A DNA stretch of 64,000 nt, taken from a virus. The first letter of the stretch is position 1, and the number at the start of each line of letters is the position of its first letter. Made by a program: the position numbers and the translations under genes. The DNA is taken from positions 32,001 to 96,000 of the IMG/VR virus record IMGVR_UViG_3300037245_000888. One strand, written 5' to 3'. Below, in pieces: positions 39,447 to 47,140 of the stretch. A model generated the notes under the pieces. It was given only the letters and a program-made list of their open reading frames with translations. It was not told where the DNA came from and ran no database searches.

Positions 39447-41381
39447 TTAAAACTTAACCAATTGATAAAGTCTTCTCGTTGTTGTATAATACCAAACACC
39501 ATCAACCTTCAATAATGTTGAATTTCCTGCATCCCAGCTATTAATAAACCCGAGAACCATAGCCTTACCCATTCTGGTAGCTGTTTTATTACTCATATAT
39601 GGGTGTACAGCAAAATACAATTCACCGTTAAGTTTAAAGTTATAAGGTCTTTTAGTTGCTCTAATTACATCTGCATATTTACCAGTGAATCCTGATGTAG
39701 CATATGCACTTGTTGATGGATATAATTCAAGTCCAGCATCAGCGAAAACTACACCATTGCCTAATTCCTTTGCGTTTAATACAGTTTTAACATCAAAGTG
39801 TTTACCACCTTTTGAAAATAGCGTAAAAGTAGGTTTATAATGCACCTGTCCGTCAAGTAATAATTTACCTTTTGTCATTGTAATTCCATACTTATACATT
39901 TTTCTTGCTGTAGGAGAATACCATTGATAACTTGAAGTAATTAAATTTGATTCAATATACCTATTACCAGCCTTATCTCCAATTGTAATATCTAATCTAC
40001 TTGGATTAACCTTAACAACTATTGATGTATATTTACTATTTTTAGGAATCTTCCAAGACTCTGTTCCATATTTACCATTGTGATATTTATGAAAATCTAA
40101 TATAAGCTTTTTATTAATTTTAAATATATCATCTTCATTTAGAGTATTTCCATGTGAAGATAGTCCAATTTCAGCTTTCAAATCTTTAATTCCTAATATA
40201 GTACCATTGCCTTTTTTCTTATCACATGAGAATGCTCTATAATATCCAAGTGATTGTAATGCTCTCTGTAAGTATAATATTTGACTAGATTTGAATGAAC
40301 TGGTTTTATTATAGTTGATTACACCCTTATAAACTAATTGTGGAATAGCTTTGTTATATAGTAGTACCTCAGACTTCACCACAGCCTCACCACTGTCATC
40401 AAATGGTTCACTGGTAATAACTGTTGGCTCATCAATAACTACTGTCTGAGAGGCTATTAGAGCTGTATTAATAGCTGTAGCAATATTCTCTGTAATTTTA
40501 TTATTATACCAAATATTTAATGGTTTACAGAAATTATATAATGCTGTTGAAAGACCATTACCATAAGATTTATCTAATCCATTTACATCAAATCCTAATT
40601 GAGTTAATGCTTTCTGAACTTCTAATACATCATCAGAAACTTCACCTTTTAATATATCTCTTCCAACATACATATATAAAACTTTAATAGTATAAGGCTC
40701 ATATGGGTCAATAAAATCTTTAATATCATCAATTGTTTTCTTTTCTAAGTCAGTAAATTTCTCACCTGACATTTTAATTTTAATGTTGATTCTTTCTCCT
40801 GTCATATTTTCTCCTTTTTTAGATCCTTTTTTAATCTCATATAAACTTTTAACATCTTGTAAAAATACATTCCACCTACTATAATCCACTTTATTATATT
40901 CTGGACAATAATATTTAGGACAATCTTTACCTGATATAATCCCATGATTTGTTACTTTATCTAATCCTAAATTATATTCAATTAATAAGTCAACTGTTCT
41001 TTCTACCATTATAAAATACACGATATCAGAATAGTTTCCTTTCATGTTTATTGTTGGAACTTCAATTGAATATACAACAGAATTAGGGTAAGTGTCACCC
41101 ATCATATTATATTTTTCTTTTGTGTATGTTTTGGAGCCTACACTATATGCCATTTCATTGTCTGGTATAACTTTCCAAACATCACCATTAGTATCAATTA
41201 TTTCATGAGCTGATCCATAGCTTTTCTTACCATATTTTCTTGATTCAAAGAAGTCTCTTACAGCGGATGCTCTTGCATTAATAACAGCCTCCCAATGAAC
41301 ACATATAAATTTAACCTCAGCTTTCTTCTGTGGCCTACTCCATTTATTAGGAGTTAAATATTTTTCTATTACTTTGTACAT
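39447..41381 (-). CDS. Endolysin: Amidase_2 + two PG-binding-like domains + C-terminal phosphodiester-glycosidase-like domain
   Basis: ICVHW, SAHEIID, EMAYSVG, SIE, H...GKDCP; DVLEVQKALTQLGF..DKSYG and LQRALQSLGY..DKKKG; NSWDAGNST. Confidence 0.85.
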   Translation of the reverse strand: MYKVIEKYLTPNKWSRPQKKAEVKFICVHWEAVINARASAVRDFFESRKYGKKSYGSAHEIIDTNGDVWKVIPDNEMAYSVGSKTYTKEKYNMMGDTYPNSVVYSIEVPTINMKGNYSDIVYFIMVERTVDLLIEYNLGLDKVTNHGIISGKDCPKYYCPEYNKVDYSRWNVFLQDVKSLYEIKKGSKKGENMTGERINIKIKMSGEKFTDLEKKTIDDIKDFIDPYEPYTIKVLYMYVGRDILKGEVSDDVLEVQKALTQLGFDVNGLDKSYGNGLSTALYNFCKPLNIWYNNKITENIATAINTALIASQTVVIDEPTVITSEPFDDSGEAVVKSEVLLYNKAIPQLVYKGVINYNKTSSFKSSQILYLQRALQSLGYYRAFSCDKKKGNGTILGIKDLKAEIGLSSHGNTLNEDDIFKINKKLILDFHKYHNGKYGTESWKIPKNSKYTSIVVKVNPSRLDITIGDKAGNRYIESNLITSSYQWYSPTARKMYKYGITMTKGKLLLDGQVHYKPTFTLFSKGGKHFDVKTVLNAKELGNGVVFADAGLELYPSTSAYATSGFTGKYADVIRATKRPYNFKLNGELYFAVHPYMSNKTATRMGKAMVLGFINSWDAGNSTLLKVDGVWYYTTTRRLYQLVKF

Positions 41382-41382
41382 A

Positions 41383-41493
41383 TTACCTCCTTTTACAATC
41401 CAATCTATTCAAAGCCATTGTAACATATTCAATTAACAATGTAAAGAACATGTTGGCTATATTTTTCAATTTAATAAGAAAAGGGAATTTCAC
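41383..41493 (-). CDS. Possible 36-aa hydrophobic peptide between agrB and the endolysin
   Basis: GTG overlaps the agrB TGA (GTGA). Open frame MKFPFLIKLKNIANMFFTLLIEYVTMALNRLDCKRR* fills the gap exactly and stops 1 nt before the endolysin ATG. Confidence 0.35.
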   Translation of the reverse strand: MKFPFLIKLKNIANMFFTLLIEYVTMALNRLDCKRR

Positions 41494-41873
41494 CCTAATC
41501 TATTTTTCTTTTTTCTTAATACTACTCCAGCAATATATCCTAATGGAATAGCTAACCACCATATAATGAATGAGCTTATTAAGGCTAATCCGATTATTAG
41601 GATTGTTGATACAATAAAACATTGCCACATTTCTGGCATGTGTACACCCTTTCTACCTACTCTGGCCAATATAAAAAATAACATTGCTAAAATAGATTCA
41701 GGGACTACACCGAGCATAAATGCTATACTCATAATGAATGTTGTCTCGTAAACTTGGAACATTGACATATCAATAAACATTGCCAGATATTTAGTATCCT
41801 CTGGCATATTATGTTTATCACATATTTTCTTTGCTAATTTGTAGTAAATTGTGTTCTTTCTGCTTTTACTCAT
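41490..41873 (-). CDS. agrB: AgrB-like membrane peptidase (short form, 127 aa)
   Basis: Multi-TM protein. ARVGRKGVHMPEMWQCFIVS gives R71-x6-H78-x6-C85, the same spacing as R70/H77/C84 of S. aureus AgrB. Adjacent to an AgrD-like peptide. Confidence 0.8.
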   Translation of the reverse strand: MSKSRKNTIYYKLAKKICDKHNMPEDTKYLAMFIDMSMFQVYETTFIMSIAFMLGVVPESILAMLFFILARVGRKGVHMPEMWQCFIVSTILIIGLALISSFIIWWLAIPLGYIAGVVLRKKKNRLG

Positions 41874-41967
41874 AATCTGATAAATCTGTTTCTCCGACTA
41901 TCCAAAAACATCCAGTTTTACTTGTTAGTCCTAATAGTCTCTTAATAAGTTCCATTAATTTTTTCAT
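41866..41967 (-). CDS. agrD: AgrD-like cyclic thiolactone autoinducer propeptide (33 aa), not in ORF track
   Basis: GGAGG RBS; MKKLMELIKRLLGLTSKTGCFWIVGETDLSDYE* has an amphipathic leader, a C-FWIV core and an acidic tail. Its stop overlaps the agrB start. Confidence 0.82.
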   Translation of the reverse strand: MKKLMELIKRLLGLTSKTGCFWIVGETDLSDYE

Positions 41968-42424
41968 ACTTTCCTCCAAGTCTCATATAGGTTATATAAC
42001 AAATCATATATTGAAATAGTCTAACAGGAGTATAAAATATTATAGTGGAATATATACTTTCTTTTACTGGCGATATATCACTGCCAAGAATATATAGAAT
42101 CGGCACATATATTATAAACTCCATGACTCCAACAATCACTATGGCTATAGCTGTATTTAAAAATACTTTTAGTGCTTTTTCTTTGTTTACTTTGCTTAGG
42201 AAAGATATTGTTAATCCGGCCAATGCTAGATAGACTAATCTATTTAATATGCTATCACTACCAAATGGTAATAATATTAGCCCTAACACAGAACATATTA
42301 ATATTGATATGATTGTGTATTTAGTCTTAATATTTATCTTTGAAAACATTAATGTCATCAATACTACAAATGTTGCTTCAAAGATTTGTATACCGATAAA
42401 GTCTGTTAACCAGATGTAATTCAT
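41942..42424 (-). CDS. Multi-TM protein resembling an AgrC/VirS sensor domain without the kinase
   Basis: About 5 TMs with intramembrane Glu (IFEAT, VMEF). No H-box or ATPase domain. Lies immediately upstream of and overlaps agrD. Confidence 0.6.
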   Translation of the reverse strand: MNYIWLTDFIGIQIFEATFVVLMTLMFSKINIKTKYTIISILICSVLGLILLPFGSDSILNRLVYLALAGLTISFLSKVNKEKALKVFLNTAIAIVIVGVMEFIIYVPILYILGSDISPVKESIYSTIIFYTPVRLFQYMICYITYMRLGGKYEKINGTY

Positions 42425-42978
42425 AAAATCAGCTCCTTTAACATAATTAATATATCAAAGAAAGTTTTGCCACCTGATGTAAAAAACGAGAATATACTAA
42501 CCAACAGTATAATTGACATTGTTACTATAAATCTACTTATCCATTTGTTTAATTTACTTTTGTTGTAGAACAACCTAAATTGATCTCTCAGGTTATTATT
42601 CTTAATCTCAGCTTTCATACCTTGTATTTCATTTAATATCAAACCTACTGATCTTTTCAAATCATCTTGTTCTCTACTTGATATAAATTGATTAGCTAAG
42701 ACTTGAGCATTGTTTTCTAAATATTCTTCTAGCTTACTACTTATTTCATCGATAGAATTTGAAAGCTTACCAATAACATCTCTATCTTCTTGACGATTAT
42801 TTTTCATCTCTTTGAGTTCAAATCGAATTTCAGTTATTTCAAGTTGCATTTTATGAAAAGTATCAACAGTTATCATACTTCCTTTTACATGGTCTACTTC
42901 CTGTCTTAATAATTTTATTTCATTTTCAAGATTATTGATTTTGCTCTTGTTAGCCTCACCAATACATTTTTCAGTCAT
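42421..42978 (-). CDS. Coiled-coil protein with C-terminal TM (XhlA/hemolysin-like lysis accessory)
   Basis: Long heptad region then one TM; first gene of the lysis region; ATGA overlap with the next gene. Confidence 0.55.
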   Translation of the reverse strand: MTEKCIGEANKSKINNLENEIKLLRQEVDHVKGSMITVDTFHKMQLEITEIRFELKEMKNNRQEDRDVIGKLSNSIDEISSKLEEYLENNAQVLANQFISSREQDDLKRSVGLILNEIQGMKAEIKNNNLRDQFRLFYNKSKLNKWISRFIVTMSIILLVSIFSFFTSGGKTFFDILIMLKELIL

Positions 42979-42997
42979 TTGTCATCACACCACCTCA

Positions 42998-44065
42998 CTA
43001 TATCTTCTCTATATCATAATTCAACTGAAGAGAGAAGTTTGGTGTTGTCACGCCTTCCCCATTTACAACTTTGATATATACATCGTCATCTTTGTCTATT
43101 AAACCGTCAATTATAACTAAATCTTTTGTTTCATTTTTAGTTGGGAATAATTCTAAGTCAGTAAAAGTTGTATCAGATATAATATCAGAGCCTTCGATTA
43201 ATTGTAAATTTGAAGTATTGACATCATCTATTCCAATACTATCTCCATTGCTGATTATTTTAATTCCTGTGATTGTACATGTGTAACCATCTGGTGCCGT
43301 GAATAATATTCTGTGTATTGCTATATCTGGTGGATTAGAGAATGATGGAATATCAAATACTATCATTTGATTTGTGCTGTCTTTTAATATTGCAATTAAT
43401 GACACATATTCCTCTTTCATATCTGAAAATTCTGATGTGCGTGTTGACTCATTAGATTGTCTAGTTGACTCATTAATTGTTCTAACGCCCTCATTTACAG
43501 TTCTCTGAGTTTCTTTTTCCTGTCTAGTATCTTCACTAGCAATTCTAATATTCTCACTAGATACTCTTTCTGATTCTTGAAATACTCTATCAATTTCTGA
43601 TGCTTCACGCTCATCTTCTTCAAAAGATATATTAGATAATTTAGAAATCAAATCACTAACTACTGAAACTTTGTCTTCATTAGATAAAGTACATCCATTC
43701 ATCATATCTGCCAATACAACAAATCTAAATATATTACTTGTGACAATTTGACCACTGGCAGTATATAATTTTATTAAACCTGTGACTGAACCACTTTTAC
43801 TTAATGATTCATTACATAATTCATATGTTATTGAGTCTGAATTTAATATGCATAAACATGGTTCCATATAAGTTGCATCTTGGAACTTTAGAGTAATATA
43901 AACTTCGGATAGTTCAGAGTAATTAATCTCCGAACCATCTTCTCTGGTAACTGTAAAGACTAGCTTACCAACTCCATTGTCATTTTGACTGAAATATCTT
44001 CCAGTATTAATAGATCCAGATGAGTTTATTTTTAGCTGGATTGGTATAGTTTCTATTGAAATCAT
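42998..44065 (-). CDS. BppU-like baseplate upper protein
   Basis: N-terminal FSQNDNGVGKLVF (DUF2479-like) domain and E..R heptad coiled-coil repeats. Confidence 0.65.
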   Translation of the reverse strand: MISIETIPIQLKINSSGSINTGRYFSQNDNGVGKLVFTVTREDGSEINYSELSEVYITLKFQDATYMEPCLCILNSDSITYELCNESLSKSGSVTGLIKLYTASGQIVTSNIFRFVVLADMMNGCTLSNEDKVSVVSDLISKLSNISFEEDEREASEIDRVFQESERVSSENIRIASEDTRQEKETQRTVNEGVRTINESTRQSNESTRTSEFSDMKEEYVSLIAILKDSTNQMIVFDIPSFSNPPDIAIHRILFTAPDGYTCTITGIKIISNGDSIGIDDVNTSNLQLIEGSDIISDTTFTDLELFPTKNETKDLVIIDGLIDKDDDVYIKVVNGEGVTTPNFSLQLNYDIEKI

Positions 44066-44074
44066 AAATACCTC

Positions 44075-44398
44075 CTAATAAGGATTGTTTTCTGAATCGT
44101 ATTGCAACCAAATTTGCTGTCTATTTAGTTTGTCTTGCTCAGTTTTCATACCGAGAAGGATAAGATTATCTAGTTCTTTTAAGTCTGTGAGTGCTATTTG
44201 TTTTTCTGCTTCATAAAGTTGGATTGCTAGTTCCTGCTCTGTTCTAATTGTAGAAATTTCACATTCTATTTTATTTCCGAACATCTTTTCACCTTGTATA
44301 TAACTATATGAAACTTCGAGTTCTAAACCTGTCAAATTAGGATTCATTTCTAAAATTTCAGCACCTGTTAATATACCTTCAAATATTATCTTTTTCAT
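44075..44398 (-). CDS. Putative tail fibre assembly/chaperone protein
   Basis: Small gene directly after the fibre gene. Confidence 0.45.
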   Translation of the reverse strand: MKKIIFEGILTGAEILEMNPNLTGLELEVSYSYIQGEKMFGNKIECEISTIRTEQELAIQLYEAEKQIALTDLKELDNLILLGMKTEQDKLNRQQIWLQYDSENNPY

Positions 44399-44406
44399 AT
44401 TGCCCC

Positions 44407-45621
44407 CTAATTATCTTTTTCATATTGAACAACTTGTTCTGCAACACCAGTGTTCTCAGCATAAATCTTTAACTCAGAGTTAAATCTCCACTTTGCACGT
44501 ACCGCATTTGTTCCAATATCACTATCAAATACCACAACTCCATCACATTCAATTTTAATCGCAAAAGCAGTGCTACCTATTATAACATTAACAAATCCAC
44601 TATCTACTATAGTGGTTAGGAGTGAATAACCAGCCCCAACAGCATCGTTACCATTAAATTTAGGTGTTGATTTCTTAGGATCTCCACTTCCATCATCTTC
44701 TGAATAAGATATTCCATATGGAGAAGCTGCGCATCGGTATTCAAAACCAGTTTCACACCTTATGTCGCACCCTGTCTGCGTTAAATTCACAGTACCATTA
44801 GTTACACCAGAAAATTTTTCTCCATCATCACCATCTATTTTTAATTGTACATCACCGTTAGATCCTGTCATTGTACCCAACCAATGAATCCAACAAGCAC
44901 CAACAAAAGTATGCCTTAGTGTAGGTGAACCAGTACCGGGTGTTCCAACATTATATGCTTGTGCAAGAACTTTTGATAAATCATTTGCCCCACCTTTAGG
45001 ACTAAGCAAGAAAAAATTGCCAGTCACCCTCCTTAAAATGGTTATAGGTGTTCCGTCAACAAAGTCATCAGCTTCCATTGGTATTACTCCACCAGCACCA
45101 TCTGGTTTGGATATTGCTACTGCTCCATGACCATCTAGATTAACAGTGACAGCACCAGTATTATTAGCTGTTGGTATGAATGTGATTGGATTTAAGTCTA
45201 TCGTAAAATCAAAACTTGAAGCCGTTCCACTTGTTAAGATAATAGCGTCTGCTGTACCTGTTACTACTGCACCTGTTCTTAGGATATCAATGTTGTCTAG
45301 GTTGATAGCTATATCTGAAATATTAATTAAAATATCAGATTCATTATCTTCAATTGAATCTTTCATAATCGTATAATCCGTATCAGCGTATATATAATCT
45401 TGTAGGTTGGATGGAGCTTCTGTAAATAATAAAATTGCTAATCCAGCTTCTCCATTATTATCCTGACTTGAGCCAGCAGTATTAGTTACAACTAAAGTGT
45501 CTGGATTTTCATATGAAACATTTGTAGAGGTACTTCTACCGAATTTATTTAATATTCTCTGATACTCGCCTAATTCTCCCAATAAACTGTCCGGAATGGG
45601 AAACCTATTTTCTAAAGGCAT
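44407..45621 (-). CDS. Tail fibre/receptor-binding protein
   Basis: FIPTANNTGAVTVNLDGHGAVAI fibre motif; Gly/Thr-rich. Confidence 0.65.
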   Translation of the reverse strand: MPLENRFPIPDSLLGELGEYQRILNKFGRSTSTNVSYENPDTLVVTNTAGSSQDNNGEAGLAILLFTEAPSNLQDYIYADTDYTIMKDSIEDNESDILINISDIAINLDNIDILRTGAVVTGTADAIILTSGTASSFDFTIDLNPITFIPTANNTGAVTVNLDGHGAVAISKPDGAGGVIPMEADDFVDGTPITILRRVTGNFFLLSPKGGANDLSKVLAQAYNVGTPGTGSPTLRHTFVGACWIHWLGTMTGSNGDVQLKIDGDDGEKFSGVTNGTVNLTQTGCDIRCETGFEYRCAASPYGISYSEDDGSGDPKKSTPKFNGNDAVGAGYSLLTTIVDSGFVNVIIGSTAFAIKIECDGVVVFDSDIGTNAVRAKWRFNSELKIYAENTGVAEQVVQYEKDN

Positions 45622-45661
45622 GTTTGCCTCCTTTCTGTATTTGTTGTTTCTTTAATTTAGT

Positions 45662-45976
45662 TTATTTTGCTTCTTTTATTGTTGCATCTGATAAACTGCC
45701 AGTCCACGAAACAATATATACCTCTTGATTCGCACTGAGAGTTTCCCATGTTTTATTTTTCATACTAATTGGTGTACTAGTTTGGTCACCATTCAGCCAA
45801 AGCGATGCAACGGAATTAGGGGCTATCGCAGGACTACCAGTAACAACTTCTGCTACCCAAGTCCTTGGTACTCTCTTCATCCTAGCATTAACTACTTTAG
45901 TGGCTATATCAGATATTAAATTTATTAATTTGTTTGCGCCACTATTACTATCATTTTTACTTTTGTTTAATATCAT
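45662..45976 (-). CDS. Baseplate/tail-tip small protein
   Basis: Synteny between the hub and fibre genes. Confidence 0.5.
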   Translation of the reverse strand: MILNKSKNDSNSGANKLINLISDIATKVVNARMKRVPRTWVAEVVTGSPAIAPNSVASLWLNGDQTSTPISMKNKTWETLSANQEVYIVSWTGSLSDATIKEAK

Positions 45977-46006
45977 ATTAGCCTCCTAAGTTTTGTAGTA
46001 AACTTG

Positions 46007-47140
46007 TTATAAGTCAATATCGAATGTGTCAACAACTGTTAGTGACATTGGACTGTTTGTGAGTGGCATCGTAATTCTATCTAATAAAATCCTTTTACCA
46101 TTCGCATCCTGTCTTGAGTCTGTAGCTGTCACAACGTGATCTACATCTAAGTGAGGTAAAATCATAGATGTGATATTACCTTGAGTTAGAACATTAGTTT
46201 TTCTTTTTAGTTCGTAAATACCTCTTTGCTCACAAAGGGCAACTGAATATATAATGCTATCTTTGACTATTTCTAATATTTCTATACCTAAATTTCCAAT
46301 ACTTGTATCAGAAAGTAGGTCGTTATTTTGAACATTTTTTCTAACTGTAACTCCTGAAATATTATCACCAATTACAGTTATAGAATTCACAACTTCATCT
46401 AAATTATATTGAGTATTTCCAGATACATAATTTGTTTCATCTTCAGAATCAGCGTCAAAGTCCCAAATCGATCCCTTCGAGGAGTCCTTAGAATCTTTTT
46501 CAAAAACAAGACTGCCTCCAGTATTATAGTATACATTGCATGAAAATGCTTGTGCAAGTTCAATTAAAATCTCTCCAAGATTTGAACCTTCCTCTTTTAC
46601 AATCTGATAAGGTATATTCTCTGAATCAATAGTTGTATCTATTATAACATCACGAGGATCTTGTGATATTGACATCACTGTTCTAATTGCTGTTCCAAGT
46701 GTCGTTGATGATGGGATTACTAACGTAAAGTCAATTTTGCCAGCCAAGCTACCATTGAGCAATGAGAACTTATCTTGCATTGAAACTTTAACTGAATTGT
46801 CTGGATTCACGACTGGTTTGTCATAGACAAACGTGCCCTGTTTTATGAAATATTCCTCTCCATTTATCAGGTAACCGAGTGATAATCTACCCTTTTGTGC
46901 CACCCATATTCCAGAATCTAAACTAGGGAAGAATTCATTCAATGTATTATCAAACGAAATGTCCAAAGTTCTCCTAACTCCATTACCATTAGATATATTT
47001 AAACTTCCTTCTAATCTTAATTTTGAAGTAATTTCTCTTAAAGGAGTTTCATCTTCTTTTCTCAACATTTCAAACTTTACAAGGGGTTGTCTTATTCTGT
47101 TGTTTTTTACAAAGTCTAAATAATCTTGAAAACTAATCAT
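46007..47140 (-). CDS. Tail-tip/baseplate hub protein
   Basis: VRRT, SMQDKF.LL, LGEIL.ELA....VYYN..G.L, N.ITVIG, PHLDV.HVV pattern. Confidence 0.65.
   Translation of the reverse strand: MISFQDYLDFVKNNRIRQPLVKFEMLRKEDETPLREITSKLRLEGSLNISNGNGVRRTLDISFDNTLNEFFPSLDSGIWVAQKGRLSLGYLINGEEYFIKQGTFVYDKPVVNPDNSVKVSMQDKFSLLNGSLAGKIDFTLVIPSSTTLGTAIRTVMSISQDPRDVIIDTTIDSENIPYQIVKEEGSNLGEILIELAQAFSCNVYYNTGGSLVFEKDSKDSSKGSIWDFDADSEDETNYVSGNTQYNLDEVVNSITVIGDNISGVTVRKNVQNNDLLSDTSIGNLGIEILEIVKDSIIYSVALCEQRGIYELKRKTNVLTQGNITSMILPHLDVDHVVTATDSRQDANGKRILLDRITMPLTNSPMSLTVVDTFDIDL

Noticed and set aside
41942-42424. Frameshifted or pseudogenised full-length agrC
   Set aside because: The sequence downstream of the TM domain is fully occupied by agrD, agrB and the endolysin, leaving no room for kinase-domain remnants.
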